From: an uncultured Trueperaceae bacterium
Lineage (GTDB): Bacteria; Deinococcota; Deinococci; Deinococcales; Trueperaceae
Assembly (NCBI GenBank): GCA_963815215.1
Contig: CAWFFU010000003.1
Coordinates: 1,088,001-1,152,000, forward strand
Direction: 5' to 3'
Length of the DNA: 64,000 bases
Positions 1-10,497 of this stretch are shown piece by piece. Position numbers and translations under genes: made by a program. The number at the start of each line of letters is the position of its first letter. The stretch's first letter is position 1. The notes under the pieces were generated by a model. The model did no database searches and was not told the origin of the DNA. It saw nothing but the letters and a program-made list of their open reading frames with translations.

Positions 1-282
1 AGTTACGCCTTCGCTTCCGACCGCATGCGCGGCGGCATCGGCGACGAAGCCGCCTTCGGCCGAGCCTTGCACAACACCCTCAACGCACCGCTTCTGGGGC
101 ACGACGCGGCGGAGGTCGAGAGTTTCGAGCGGCGCGGCGACGCGGCACGGGCCGAGATTCGCGTGACAGGCGGCGACGGCGCGGTCGCGCGCTTCACGGT
201 GGCGCTGACCCTTGCGCGGCACGGCGTTCGCGCGAACTGCTGGCTCGTGAGCGGGCTGGCGCGCGCCGGCGTCGACCTCTAG
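1..282 (+). CDS. Hypothetical protein, DUF4864-like (5' partial)
   Basis: Frame +1 is open from base 1: SYAFASDRMRGGIG...NCWLVSG. The YAFAS and C-terminal CWxV pattern resembles DUF4864. Confidence 0.5.
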   Translation, partial: SYAFASDRMRGGIGDEAAFGRALHNTLNAPLLGHDAAEVESFERRGDAARAEIRVTGGDGAVARFTVALTLARHGVRANCWLVSGLARAGVDL

Positions 283-304
283 CGCTCGTGCCCGCCCCGC
301 CCCA

Positions 305-805
305 TCAGCCCACGTGCAGGTCGATCCGCAACGGTTGGCTCGTCTTCTGGTAGGTCAGCGCGGCACCGAGGTGGTAGGGGCCCGAGACGGCTCCCTGCTT
401 CGCGGTGATCGCCAACAGCACCGTCAGCGTGTAGGTCTGGGTGCTCTTGGAGAAGCTCGTCGCTCCCGCCACGGTGGCGCGCGTGGCCTGCACCTGCACC
501 AGCTCCACCTTCCACCCGGCGGGCGCGCGTACCTGATCCAGTGAGAACTTCGCGGTCATGACCGACGAGGCCGCATTGTAGCCGCTGGGGAACCATAGCC
601 CCCCCGTCAGCTTGGTGGGGTCGATGCCGAAGTCATCGAAGGTGAAGTGCGTCTCCACGTACACGGTGCCGCCCGGCTGCGCCACGATCGCGGAGCTGTG
701 GATCGGGTAGGGGGCGCCTGGCGAGGTTCCCGTCGCCGCCGGCGCGCAACCCGCGAGCACGAGGGCCACCGCCAGCAACGGGGCGAGTCGACGGAGGACA
801 GTCAT
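305..805 (-). CDS. Hypothetical lipoprotein
   Basis: MTVLRRLAPLLAVALVLAGC has lipobox LAGC. TAGCGT (813-818) lies 7 nt upstream, suggesting a leaderless start. Alternative start at 832 overlaps the upstream stop. Confidence 0.7.
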   Translation of the reverse strand: MTVLRRLAPLLAVALVLAGCAPAATGTSPGAPYPIHSSAIVAQPGGTVYVETHFTFDDFGIDPTKLTGGLWFPSGYNAASSVMTAKFSLDQVRAPAGWKVELVQVQATRATVAGATSFSKSTQTYTLTVLLAITAKQGAVSGPYHLGAALTYQKTSQPLRIDLHVG

Positions 806-828
806 GGTGCCAACGCTAGCAAATCGGC

Positions 829-1725
829 TCATGAGAGTCGCTCCTGCCGCCGCACCGACGCGCGCCTCATGCTCGCGGCGAGGCTCAACGCCAGGATCCC
901 GGCGAGCACCAGGGCGACCCCTCCCGCCTGCACCCAGGAGAGCCGCTCGGCGAACAGCAGCCGGCCCCAGATCACGGTCAACATCGGTTGCGCCAGCAGC
1001 GTCACCGAGGTCTCGAGCGCGGGGAGGCGGGGCAGAGCGGTGAGGATCAGGAGCCAACCCACCACCTGCGGCCCCAACGCCAGCAGGATCAACCAGCCGT
1101 GGGCCGGCCACGTGAAGGCCAGCGAGAAGCCGGGGTCGGTGAGCAGGCCCGATGCGAGGGTCGCCAACGACGCCCCCAGCGAGGCATCGAAGAGCACCCC
1201 GGCCGGGAGTCCGCGCCCGCGGTTCAGGGATCGGAACAGCAGCAGGAACGCCGCGTAGACGCCGGCGTTGGCGAGCCCCCAGAGAGCGCCGATCACCGGC
1301 GAACGACCGTAGGCGCTCTCCAACCCCAGTCCCGACGTCAGGACGACGCCGGCGAACACCAGAGGCACCGCCACCGCGGCGGTCCCGCTGGGACGCTCGC
1401 CGAACAGCAGCCAGGCAGCCACGCCGACGAACACGACCTGCGTGTTGCTGAGCACCGTGGCGGCTCCCGCCCCGATGTCGGCGATGGAGTAGTTCCAGAA
1501 CACGAACGCCAGGCCCATGAGCGTCCCCGCCGCCATCGTGGCCACGCGAAGTGCGGGTCCACGCGGATCGTGGCGCCTGGAGGCCAGCGCCAACACCAAC
1601 AGGACCGGCAGGGCATATGCCGGCCGGAAGAAGGCCGTCGTCGACGGCGAAAGGTCGGCGAGACGCACCAGGATGGCGGAGAAGGAGATGGTGACGGCGC
1701 CTAACAGCGCGAGGAGGCGGACCAT
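829..1725 (-). CDS. EamA/DMT family transporter
   Basis: About 10 hydrophobic segments in two repeats; each half ends in LLFGERP / LLFAERL. Confidence 0.88.
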   Translation of the reverse strand: MVRLLALLGAVTISFSAILVRLADLSPSTTAFFRPAYALPVLLVLALASRRHDPRGPALRVATMAAGTLMGLAFVFWNYSIADIGAGAATVLSNTQVVFVGVAAWLLFGERPSGTAAVAVPLVFAGVVLTSGLGLESAYGRSPVIGALWGLANAGVYAAFLLLFRSLNRGRGLPAGVLFDASLGASLATLASGLLTDPGFSLAFTWPAHGWLILLALGPQVVGWLLILTALPRLPALETSVTLLAQPMLTVIWGRLLFAERLSWVQAGGVALVLAGILALSLAASMRRASVRRQERLS

Positions 1726-1829
1726 GAACTCGGCCCAGGATACCGTTGCCCGCCGCGCGCGCGCCGCACCGCGACGACGCGGTAGCGCAGACCATTCCCT
1801 TAGCCGCATGCGGCTCGTACAGTGGCGCC

Positions 1830-2792
1830 ATGTCCGAGGGACCGACGCTCCACGGTATCCATCACCTGACCGCGGTGACCGCCCGCGCCCGGGACAACCT
1901 GTCGTTCTACCGCGACACGCTGGGCATGCGCCTCGTGAAGAAGACGGTGAATCAGGACGACGTCCGTGCTTATCACCTCTTCTACGCCGACGGCCTGGGG
2001 TCGCCCGGGACCGACGTGACCTTCTTCGACTGGTCCATGGCCGCGCGGGAACGCCGCGGCACGCACAGCATCGCCCGCACCGGCCTGCGCGTGGCCGGTG
2101 GTGCCGACACGCTCGCCTGGTGGGCGACCCGCCTGCGTGCCGCCGGAGCCACGGTCGAGGAGCCGAGCGATCTCGACGGGCGCCCTACCCTCGCTTTCGA
2201 GGACTCCGAAGGCCAGCGCCTGGCCCTCGTCGACGACGGCGGCCTCGGGGACGCCCACCCCTGGGGGGCGAGCCCCGTGCCGAGCGAGCGGCAGATCCGG
2301 GGACTGGGCCCCGTCACCCTCAGCGTCCCCGATCCTCGCCCCACCGCGAGCGTGCTGGTGGAGGTGCTGGGGATGGAGCTCACGCGCAGTTACCGGCTCG
2401 GCAGCGGGCACGAGGTGCTGGTCGCCGCCATGGGAGACGGGGGGCCCGGCGCGGAGGTCCACCTGGCCGTGCAGCCCGACCTGCCGGCGGCGCGACCCGG
2501 GGCCGGCGGCGTCCATCACGTCGCCTTCCGCACCGCCGACGACGAGCAGCACCGCGCCTGGTTGGAGCGGCTCGATGCCCACCGCATCCCCAATAGCGGG
2601 CGAGTGGACCGCTTCTACTTCCGGAGCCTGTACTTTCGCGAGCCGAACGGCATCCTCTTCGAGATCGCCACCGACGGCCCCGGCTTCGACGTCGACGAGC
2701 CGCTCGCCAGCCTCGGGGAGGGTCTCGCGCTGCCGCCGTTCCTGGAGCCGCGCCGCGCCGACATCGAAGCGCACCTGAGGCCGCTGGCGTGA
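1830..2792 (+). CDS. Ring-cleaving dioxygenase (VOC/glyoxalase, MhqA/MhqO-like)
   Basis: Motifs [62 protein letters not shown] lies 6 nt before the ATG. Confidence 0.92.
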   Translation: MSEGPTLHGIHHLTAVTARARDNLSFYRDTLGMRLVKKTVNQDDVRAYHLFYADGLGSPGTDVTFFDWSMAARERRGTHSIARTGLRVAGGADTLAWWATRLRAAGATVEEPSDLDGRPTLAFEDSEGQRLALVDDGGLGDAHPWGASPVPSERQIRGLGPVTLSVPDPRPTASVLVEVLGMELTRSYRLGSGHEVLVAAMGDGGPGAEVHLAVQPDLPAARPGAGGVHHVAFRTADDEQHRAWLERLDAHRIPNSGRVDRFYFRSLYFREPNGILFEIATDGPGFDVDEPLASLGEGLALPPFLEPRRADIEAHLRPLA

Positions 2793-3427
2793 CGGTGGCC
2801 GACGATCGACCTCTCGCCGATTGGGTCCACACCGTGCACGCGCCGGCGCGCGGCCCAACGCGTGGCGTGCTGTTCCTGCTGCACGGCACCGGCGGCGACG
2901 AGACCAGCCTGCTGGAGCTCGGCCGTGCGGTGGCCCCCGGCCACCTCCTCGTGGGCGTGCGGGGGCGCTCGAACGAGGAGGGCGTCACGCGCTACTTCCG
3001 CCGGTTCGATGCGCTCCGCTACGACCAGGAGCATCTCGCATCGGAGGCCAGGGCCCTGAGCGCGTTCGTGCGGGCTGCCGCTGCGCGATATGCCGGCGCG
3101 GGGTGGCGGCGCGCGGCGCTAGGCTACTCCAACGGCGCCAACGTCGCCCTGGCGGCCCAGCTCCTCGATCCTGCCACCTTCGGTGCGGTCGCGCTGCTAC
3201 GGGCTGTGCAGCCGTTCGAGCGCCCGCCGACGCCCTCGCTCCAAGGCACCAAGGTGCTACTGCTGCTCGGCGGGAACGACCCCTACCTGCCTGCCGGCCG
3301 CGCGCTTCCCTCGCTGCTGGAGGCGGCCGGCGCCACCGTGGAGGCGGACGAGGTCGAGGCCGGCCACGACCTCACGAAGGAAGATGTGGCACGCCTGGCG
3401 GCCTGGTTCGCCGCGCTCGAGACCTGA
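2789..3427 (+). CDS. Alpha/beta hydrolase (phospholipase/carboxylesterase, MhqD-like)
   Basis: [15 protein letters not shown] nucleophile elbow, GH near the C-terminus. Overlaps the dioxygenase stop. Confidence 0.9.
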   Translation: MTVADDRPLADWVHTVHAPARGPTRGVLFLLHGTGGDETSLLELGRAVAPGHLLVGVRGRSNEEGVTRYFRRFDALRYDQEHLASEARALSAFVRAAAARYAGAGWRRAALGYSNGANVALAAQLLDPATFGAVALLRAVQPFERPPTPSLQGTKVLLLLGGNDPYLPAGRALPSLLEAAGATVEADEVEAGHDLTKEDVARLAAWFAALET

Positions 3428-3538
3428 AGCGCGCGTCCTTCGACCCGCGACCAGGACACTCGCCCCGTCGAGCACGCGGCGAAGGCGCTACCATGGTAAC
3501 GGTCGCAGGCCGAACCATCGACGACCGGAGGGGTGTGC

Positions 3539-4765
3539 GTGGCGTACTCGGTCGCCCGACTCGCGTGGCGCAACCTGTGGAGGCACCGCAGCCGCACGCT
3601 GCTGTTGCTCGTCGTGGTGGCGTACGCGTCGCTCGCGATCATCCTGTTCTGGGGTTTCTACGACGGCTTCGTCGCCTCCCTGCTTAGCAGCCAGGGACGC
3701 TATGGCAGCGCTCCCGTGCTGGTGACGACGACCGCGTACCGTGCCGATCCAGACCCACAGAATGCCCTGGCTCAGCTCGACTTCCGCGCCGGGATCGCGC
3801 GACTGCCCGGCGTCGGCGCGATCGCGGCTCGCCTCACCTTCCCTGCCCTGCTGCGCTCGCCGTACACCGCCCTGGCCGCGCAGGCGCGAGGCGTGGAACC
3901 TCAGCGCGAAGCGCAGGTGAGCAACGTTCCCTCGAGCGTCGGCATCGGCCGGATGCTCACAGGGCCCGGCGAGATCGTGCTCGGCAGCGAACTGGCGAAG
4001 CGGCTCGACGTACGGGTGGGCGAGCGCCTGGTCGTGGATGCGCAATCGCTCGCCGGTCCACAGGCCCTGGGGCTGCGGGTGGTCGGCATCGTGAACTCGG
4101 GCATCGCCTTCGTGGACCGCTCCACGGTGATGGTCGACATCGCCGACGCCCGTCGCCTCACCGGCGTGACGACGGCCACGGGCCTGGCCCTGGACGTGCC
4201 GTACCGCTCGGAGCGACGCGTCGCCGCGCGCCTCGACCGGGACGGCGCCCTGCCTGCCGGGGTGCGCGCCTACAGCGTTCAGGACATGCTGTCGGGACTG
4301 ATGAGCGGCATCGAGGCCAAGCGCCGCTCGATGATCCCGATGGCGCTGATCTTCTCCATCTTCGCTGCCGTGACCGTTCTCAGCACCGTCGTTGTCAGCG
4401 TATTCGAGCGCACCCGTGAGTTCGGGGTGGCGGCCTCGCTGGGCCTCGATCCGTTCAGCCTCGCCTGGATGGTGACGCTCGAGGCGACGTTCACAGCGGC
4501 CATGGGGCTGGTCATCGGCGCCGCTCTCGGCTACGCCATCGACTTCATCCTCAGCCAGGTGAACCTCGTGGGTCCGCTCATCATGACCTTCTACGGCGGC
4601 ATCCTCAAGGACGTTGCGCTGGGCGACGAGATCTACTTCGCGACCTCGATCGCCTACCTGGGATGGGCCTCCATCACCATCATCCTGGCCGCCCTCTTCG
4701 CGGCGCTGGCGCCCGCCCGCAGGCTGCTCCGCCTGCGGCCTGCCGAGGCTCTGCGCGCGCTGTGA
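3539..4765 (+). CDS. ABC transporter permease, FtsX/LolC-E/MacB-like
   Basis: LAWRNLWRHRSRT N-terminus, large extracytoplasmic domain, SVFERTREFG motif. GGAGG precedes GTG 3539. Confidence 0.85.
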   Translation: MAYSVARLAWRNLWRHRSRTLLLLVVVAYASLAIILFWGFYDGFVASLLSSQGRYGSAPVLVTTTAYRADPDPQNALAQLDFRAGIARLPGVGAIAARLTFPALLRSPYTALAAQARGVEPQREAQVSNVPSSVGIGRMLTGPGEIVLGSELAKRLDVRVGERLVVDAQSLAGPQALGLRVVGIVNSGIAFVDRSTVMVDIADARRLTGVTTATGLALDVPYRSERRVAARLDRDGALPAGVRAYSVQDMLSGLMSGIEAKRRSMIPMALIFSIFAAVTVLSTVVVSVFERTREFGVAASLGLDPFSLAWMVTLEATFTAAMGLVIGAALGYAIDFILSQVNLVGPLIMTFYGGILKDVALGDEIYFATSIAYLGWASITIILAALFAALAPARRLLRLRPAEALRAL

Positions 4766-4802
4766 GCGGCTTCAGGCAGCATCGCTCGCAGGAGGTCGCA
4801 GG

Positions 4803-6029
4803 GTGCTGAGCCTCGCCTGGCGCAACCTCTGGCGGCAGCGCCGGCGCAGCTTCACGACCGCGGCCGCGGTCGCGTTGGTGGTGCTGATCTCGATCCTCTT
4901 CTACAGCATGGGGGGTGCGCTGACCAACTCCTTCTACCAGGACGTGACGCAGCGGGCCGGACATCTGCAGGTGCACGTGAAGGGCTACCGCGACAAGGTC
5001 GATCTCCGGGATCGCCTGCTGCGCCCCGCCGACACGCTGCTGGCTACCGTCGCCCGGGCGGCGCCCGGAGGCGTGGTCTTCGGGGTGCTGCAGGTGCCGG
5101 CCTTGGTCGCCAGCGGCTCGCGTTCGCGCGGAGCGGCGGTCCTCGGCGAGGACCGGCCCCCGACGCTGGGCGAGTCCGGTAGCGGGCGCACCCTGCTCGC
5201 CGGGAGCCTCGTGCCGCCCGGCGACCGGCGCGACATCGTGCTCGGGGCGGGGCTCGCCGATGCGCTCCACGTCGGTATCGGCGACGAGGTCTCGGTGTAC
5301 GCCCCCGGTACCGAGGGGATCGGCGCGGCGCGGTACTCCGTGCGCGGCCTGGTGCACCTCGACGACCCCACCGCCGAGGCGAGCACCGCCTACCTGTCGC
5401 TCGCCGCCGCGCAAGAGCTCGCCGCACCCGACGCGGTGGGGCGCTTCGAAGTGCACTTCCCTTCGCTCCACGACATGCGTTCGGAGGCGGTCGTCAGCTC
5501 GACTGCCCACCGCCTCGAGCAGGTCCTGGGGGCCGGCTACGCGGTCGAGACCTGGCGCGAGCTCGATCCCACGTTGCTCGGTCTGGTGAAGATGATGAAC
5601 CCCATCCTCTACGGCATGTCCCTCATCTTCTACGTCCTCGCCGGCCTGCTCGTCCTCAACACCGTCTACCTCAGCCTCATCGAGCGGGTGCGCGAGTTCG
5701 GCCTTGTCATCGCGCTCGGCGCCGAAGGGCGGCAGGTCGTGCGCATGATCCTGACGGAGAGCGTGCTGCTCTGCCTCTGCGGCGCGGCCGTCGGCCTGGC
5801 CGCGGGGCTGAGCGCCGTGGCCGCCCTGGCGCCCGGTTTCGAGTTACCCGCCTTCGAGGGACTCTACGCCGCCCTCGGCATCTCACCCGTGCTCTACCCG
5901 AGCGTGACCGTCAGCCAGGTGACGTTCGCCCTGGTCTTCACCCTCGCGACCGCGATCGCCGCCGCGCTCTGGCCTGCGATGCTGGCCACCCGTATCGAGC
6001 CGGTGGAGGCCATGCGGCATACCGCGTGA
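4803..6029 (+). CDS. ABC transporter permease, FtsX/LolC-E/MacB-like (second paralog)
   Basis: LAWRNLWRQRRRS, SLIERVREFG and the terminal IEPVEAMR. AGGAGG precedes the GTG. Confidence 0.85.
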   Translation: MLSLAWRNLWRQRRRSFTTAAAVALVVLISILFYSMGGALTNSFYQDVTQRAGHLQVHVKGYRDKVDLRDRLLRPADTLLATVARAAPGGVVFGVLQVPALVASGSRSRGAAVLGEDRPPTLGESGSGRTLLAGSLVPPGDRRDIVLGAGLADALHVGIGDEVSVYAPGTEGIGAARYSVRGLVHLDDPTAEASTAYLSLAAAQELAAPDAVGRFEVHFPSLHDMRSEAVVSSTAHRLEQVLGAGYAVETWRELDPTLLGLVKMMNPILYGMSLIFYVLAGLLVLNTVYLSLIERVREFGLVIALGAEGRQVVRMILTESVLLCLCGAAVGLAAGLSAVAALAPGFELPAFEGLYAALGISPVLYPSVTVSQVTFALVFTLATAIAAALWPAMLATRIEPVEAMRHTA

Positions 6030-7525
6030 ACGCGGAGGTCGACCCCCCGGACGCCCCCGCCGCGGGGCGCACCACGCGCCGACCCTGGGTGCTGGCGGCG
6101 CTGGTGCTCGCCATGTTCATGGCGGCCATCGAGGGCACCATCGTCGCCACCGCCATGCCCAGCATCGCGGCCAGCCTCGGCGGGTTCGCGCTGTACAGCT
6201 GGGTCTTCTCGGCGTTCTTGCTGATGCAGGCGATCTCGACGCCGATGTTCGGGAAGCTGGCCGATCTCTACGGCCGCAAGCCCGTCTTCGTGGGCGGCGT
6301 GCTGTTGTTCCTGGTCGGCTCCATCCTGTGCGGCCTGGCGCCTTCGATGGTGACGCTGGTCGTGTTCCGGGCCATCCAGGGGCTCGGAGCCGGCGCCGCC
6401 TACCCCACCGTAACCACCCTCGCCGGCGACCTCTACGCGCTCCGCGAACGCGCCCGCGTGCAGGGATACCTCTCCAGCGTCTGGGGCGTGTCCGCCGTGA
6501 TCGGACCGCTCGCCGGCGGGCTGATCGTGCAGGTCGCCCACTGGTCTTGGATCTTCTGGCTCAACGTGCCGTTCGGTGTGTTCGCCATCCTCGGCGTCGT
6601 GCTCTTCCTACACGAGGACGTGCAGACCCGCCGGCACCACATCGACGGTCTGGGTGCAGGCCTGTTCCTGGTGTCCATCTCTGCGCTCATGCTGGTGCTG
6701 ACCGAGGCGGGCCAATGGGGGGTCCCGCGGCTGGTCGTGCTCTCATGCGTGTCGGCGCTCGGACTGGCCGCCTTCCTCTGGCACGAGCGGCGCGCGCCCG
6801 AACCGATGATCGACCTCGCCCAGTGGCGCGACCGCCTCATCGCCACCTCCAACCTGGCCACCCTGACTTCCGGGGTGATGATGATCGGCCTCATCACCTA
6901 CCTGCCCACCTACGTGCAGGGGATCATGGGCCAGTCCCCGCTCGTTGCCGGCTTCACCCTCACCAGCATGTCGATCGGCTGGCCGATCGCGTCGGTGCTG
7001 GCCGGCAGGCTACTGGTTCCACTCGGCGCCCGCGCGACCGCCCGCATCGGCGGAGCCGCCGGCTTGCTCGCGGGCGCGCTCTTCGTCCTCATGCGTCCCT
7101 CGTTCGGTCCGCTGTGGGCCAGCGTATCGTCGCTGCTCATGGGGGTGGGGATGGGCTTCCTCTCCACCACCTTCATCGTGGCCATCCAGAGCAGCGTGGG
7201 CTGGGACAGGCGCGGCGTCGCCACCGCAACCAACTTGTTCATGCGAATCCTGGGGAACGCCATGGGCGCGGCCCTGCTCGGCGGGACGCTCAATCTCGGG
7301 CTGCGCCACAGCTTCGCACAACGCGGGTTGGCGGGCAGCGCATCGCTGGACAGCGTACAGAGCCTGCTGGAGCGGGGCACCTCCGCGGCCGGCGGAGGGC
7401 CTGCGATGGACGCGTTGCGCAGCAGCCTGGCGTTCGGCCTGCATCGGGTCTACCTCGTCGTGTTCCTGTTCACGGTGGCCACCGCAGCCCTGACCCTGCT
7501 ACTCCCCCGGCCCCGGCTCGAGTAG
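6026..7525 (+). CDS. MFS multidrug efflux transporter (DHA2/EmrB-QacA-like)
   Basis: TIVATAMP, MFS motif A GKLADLYGRK, FRAIQGLGAG, WIFWLNVP; about 14 TM segments. Confidence 0.9.
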   Translation: MNAEVDPPDAPAAGRTTRRPWVLAALVLAMFMAAIEGTIVATAMPSIAASLGGFALYSWVFSAFLLMQAISTPMFGKLADLYGRKPVFVGGVLLFLVGSILCGLAPSMVTLVVFRAIQGLGAGAAYPTVTTLAGDLYALRERARVQGYLSSVWGVSAVIGPLAGGLIVQVAHWSWIFWLNVPFGVFAILGVVLFLHEDVQTRRHHIDGLGAGLFLVSISALMLVLTEAGQWGVPRLVVLSCVSALGLAAFLWHERRAPEPMIDLAQWRDRLIATSNLATLTSGVMMIGLITYLPTYVQGIMGQSPLVAGFTLTSMSIGWPIASVLAGRLLVPLGARATARIGGAAGLLAGALFVLMRPSFGPLWASVSSLLMGVGMGFLSTTFIVAIQSSVGWDRRGVATATNLFMRILGNAMGAALLGGTLNLGLRHSFAQRGLAGSASLDSVQSLLERGTSAAGGGPAMDALRSSLAFGLHRVYLVVFLFTVATAALTLLLPRPRLE

Positions 7526-7533
7526 CCGACCAC

Positions 7534-7573
7534 GAACGGGCTCCGCGGCCGGTCGCGGCCGCGGAGCCCGTTC
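7534..7573. terminator. Perfect GC-rich hairpin between convergent genes
   Basis: GAACGGGCTCCGCGGCCG / CGGCCGCGGAGCCCGTTC form an 18-bp stem with a 4-nt loop; no U-tract. Confidence 0.6.
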
Positions 7574-7595
7574 ACCCTTCGGTCGTGACCGAAGA

Positions 7596-8288
7596 CTACT
7601 TGAGCGTCTTGAGGTACCCGAAGATGTCGCTGACTTCCTGGGCGGTGGGCGGCTTGCCGCTATCGGTCTTGAAGCCTGCCGCCTGCCAGCGCGGCATCGT
7701 CTGCTCGAGCGTCGCCCCCACGTCGTCGACGCCGACGCGCACAGAGCGGTTGAACTGCCAGATGCCCCAGCCGCCGATGCCGGCATCGGTGTAGGTGAGG
7801 TTCGGGAAATCGCCCTGACCCTGGGCCGTCGCGCCGTGGCACATGGCGCAGTTCTGGTCGTAGAGAACCTTGCCGTTCTTCACATCCGGCGCGGGTGCCG
7901 GCGTCACCGTGACCGGCACGTCGACGGTGGTGCTCTGGTAGCCCAGGGTGAGCGTGGTGGTGCCACTGTCGGCGTTCGGGAGCACGATGTTCGGGAAGGC
8001 GGGCTTGTAGTTCGGCCCGGTGAAGAAGGTGGCGACGCCCTTGACCTCACCCTCGCTGCCCGCTTCGGTAACGGTATGGGCCGGCTTGTAGGTCCAGTCG
8101 CCGGCCTCGGCGCCGGGCCCTTCGCTATTCAGTGGCGTGGTCTGGCCGTTGGCCACCGACGCCACCTCGGGGATCGCATACCCCGACGCCGGCACGGTGA
8201 TCGGCTTAGCCTGTAGCGTGAGGCCGGCGGCCACCGCGGTACCGGCGACCAAACCCCCCACGAGCAATATCCATCCTCGAATCTTCAC
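7596..8288 (-). CDS. Secreted monoheme c-type cytochrome with N-terminal beta-rich domain
   Basis: Signal peptide, NGKVLYDQNCAMCHG (CxxCH) and distal MPRW. AGGAGG precedes GTG 8288 (alternative start 8303). Confidence 0.85.
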   Translation of the reverse strand: MKIRGWILLVGGLVAGTAVAAGLTLQAKPITVPASGYAIPEVASVANGQTTPLNSEGPGAEAGDWTYKPAHTVTEAGSEGEVKGVATFFTGPNYKPAFPNIVLPNADSGTTTLTLGYQSTTVDVPVTVTPAPAPDVKNGKVLYDQNCAMCHGATAQGQGDFPNLTYTDAGIGGWGIWQFNRSVRVGVDDVGATLEQTMPRWQAAGFKTDSGKPPTAQEVSDIFGYLKTLK

Positions 8289-8340
8289 ACCCTGCCTCCT
8301 CATTCATGCTGGAACCGGCGCACACATACGTACGGAGGCA

Positions 8341-8370
8341 ACCATAAGCCTCGCTCGTTCCAGACGTCAA
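8341..8370 (-). promoter_or_regulatory. Sigma70-type promoter for the cytochrome c gene
   Basis: TTGACG-N18-TATGGT on the minus strand. Confidence 0.5.
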
Positions 8371-8444
8371 CCACGTACCGGAAGGGAAGGTACTCACATC
8401 GTCGGCGCCCTCGACGGCCTAGCCTCGATGAGGGCAGGCACTCC

Positions 8445-9602
8445 ATGCACCAACGACGACACGCACCCCCGGCACTCCTCACGCTTCTCCTGGCGCTCGC
8501 TCCCCTGGCCCACGCGCTCGACGCCGCGCAGGTCGCCCCTGCCTTGGAGGCCCGCTTCCCCCCCAGCGCGGCGTACCTGGATTGTCCGTTCGACGGCAAG
8601 GCACGGACCTGCGTCCTCATCCCCCACGCCACGAGCCTGCGGCGTGCCTACACCGACGTGCTGGCGTTCGTCCGGGCGCTACCCGACGTCACCGCCATCG
8701 ATGGACATGGAGCCCCGTCCTCAGCGGCGTTCGTCATCGGCGACACGGCCTACCGGCTGACGCTCGCCCGGAGCCGGGCGCGAGCGGGCGCCGTTGCGGC
8801 GACCCTGCGCTTCGCATTCGATCGGCAGAGGGCCTTCAACGTGGCCTGCCTCCGCCCCGAGGCACTCTTCGACGACGCGCGTCTGGGCTCGATGGACGCC
8901 GCCACCTACGGAACGATGACCACCGCCATCGCCTGCCACGGGGCCGACACGGTCGACAGCCTCGGCCGCACCCCCCTGACCATGGCCGTTCTCAGCGGTA
9001 ACGTGCGGGCGGTGCGGGTACTGCTGCGCGGCGGAGCGGATCCGAACCACATCACGAAGAGCGGCTGGACCCCACTGCTGTTCGCCGCCCGAGCCGGCAC
9101 TCGCGTCATCCTGGACACACTCTTGCTCGCTGGCGCCGATCCGAGCTACTTCGCCCCCGACGGCTCGACGGTCGACACGCTCGAGCCCTTCAACCCGCAC
9201 CTCAGCGTCCACCCCGGTCTCGACGCGGCAGCACGAGCCGAAACCGGGCCGATCCGGCCGGCCGCCCTCTCGTGGACGCCCGGGACGAGCGCACCGGCGC
9301 TGCCACCGGCGGCCTCCGCCCCGGCGAACGCAGGCGGGACCGACGCGGCGACGGTCGCCCGCAGATCCCCGCCGCGCAGCGGATCGCGACTCCCCGTCGT
9401 CGTACTGGAGCTGCTGGCGCTGGGCACGATCGGCGCCCTGGCCGTCCTGCGCCGGCGCCGCGGCCCGTCCGACTCCGGCCCCGTTGCGGTGAGCATCACG
9501 CAGCCCGATCTGCCGGCGATGCCGGTACCCGGACCCTTCCGGCGACACCGTTCCGGCCGCCGCTTGGAGCCTGCCCCCCGCTCGGACGACCGGCCGCTGT
9601 GA
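8445..9602 (+). CDS. Exported ankyrin-repeat protein with C-terminal membrane anchor
   Basis: Signal peptide (AHA), ankyrin repeats GRTPLTMAV...GADPN and GWTPLLFAA...GADP, Pro/Ala linker, then a TM helix followed by RRRR. Confidence 0.75.
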   Translation: MHQRRHAPPALLTLLLALAPLAHALDAAQVAPALEARFPPSAAYLDCPFDGKARTCVLIPHATSLRRAYTDVLAFVRALPDVTAIDGHGAPSSAAFVIGDTAYRLTLARSRARAGAVAATLRFAFDRQRAFNVACLRPEALFDDARLGSMDAATYGTMTTAIACHGADTVDSLGRTPLTMAVLSGNVRAVRVLLRGGADPNHITKSGWTPLLFAARAGTRVILDTLLLAGADPSYFAPDGSTVDTLEPFNPHLSVHPGLDAAARAETGPIRPAALSWTPGTSAPALPPAASAPANAGGTDAATVARRSPPRSGSRLPVVVLELLALGTIGALAVLRRRRGPSDSGPVAVSITQPDLPAMPVPGPFRRHRSGRRLEPAPRSDDRPL

Positions 9603-9621
9603 GACCGCCCCGAGAGGGCCG

Positions 9622-10497
9622 CTAGCGGATGCGTGGGTCCAGCACGTCGCGCAGCCCGTCACCGAGAAGGTTGAAGCCGAGGACGGCGAGACTGATCGCC
9701 ACGCCGGGCGCGATCGCCATGATGGGATCGATGGCGAGGTAGAGCTGAGCTTCGCTGAGCATCGCCCCCCACTCGGGCGTCGGCGGTTGGACCCCGAGTC
9801 CGAGGAACGACAGTGACGCCGCGATGAGGATCACCGTACCGATGCGCAGCGTGATGTACACGAGGATCGGCGCCAGGATGTTGGGTAGCACGTGCCGGAA
9901 CATGATGCGCGCGGAGCTCGCGGCCAGCGCCTGGCTCGCTTCGACGTAGGCGCGCTCCTTGAGCGCCAGCGCCGAGCCTCGCACGAGTCGCGCGAAGATC
10001 GGGATCCCGAAGATGGTGGTGGCCAGGATGACGTTGCGGAACCCCGGCCCGGCGATCGCGATGATGCCGATCGCCAGCAGCAATCCCGGGAACGCGAGCA
10101 AGATGTCGGTGATGCGGCCCGAGAGGGTATCGAACCAGCCTCCCAGGTAGCCGGCGAGCAGGCCCCACAGGCCGCCGATGAGTGCGCTGAAGCCCGTTGC
10201 CAGGACGCCGATGCTCAACGAGAAGCGGGCGCCGACCAGCGTGCGGCTGAGGATGTCGCGGCCGTAGTTGTCGGTGCCGAGCCAGTGCGCCTCCGAGAGG
10301 GGCGCGTTGACGTGCAGGTAGTCGGCCTGTGCCGGATCGTAGGGCGCCAACAGGTGGCCGAAGAACGCCATGAGGACGAACACGGTGGTCAGCACCAGCC
10401 CCGTCATGCCGCTGCGGTGGCGCCGGAAGCGCCGCCACAGATCGCGGCCCCGGCTCTCACGGGCGGGCGTGGGCGTCGTCGACGCTGCGTCAGTCAT
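9622..10497 (-). CDS. Peptide/glutathione ABC permease (OppC/DppC/GsiD-like)
   Basis: HWLGTDNYGRDILSR, EAA-like loop YVEASQAL, LSFLGLGVQPPTPEWG, GDGLRDVLDP. Confidence 0.92.
   Translation of the reverse strand: MTDAASTTPTPARESRGRDLWRRFRRHRSGMTGLVLTTVFVLMAFFGHLLAPYDPAQADYLHVNAPLSEAHWLGTDNYGRDILSRTLVGARFSLSIGVLATGFSALIGGLWGLLAGYLGGWFDTLSGRITDILLAFPGLLLAIGIIAIAGPGFRNVILATTIFGIPIFARLVRGSALALKERAYVEASQALAASSARIMFRHVLPNILAPILVYITLRIGTVILIAASLSFLGLGVQPPTPEWGAMLSEAQLYLAIDPIMAIAPGVAISLAVLGFNLLGDGLRDVLDPRIR

Noticed and set aside
305..1831. 508-aa ORF appearing to extend the lipoprotein
   Set aside because: The upstream part is an off-frame shadow of the EamA gene. The lipobox and the leaderless -10 place the start at 805 (or 832).
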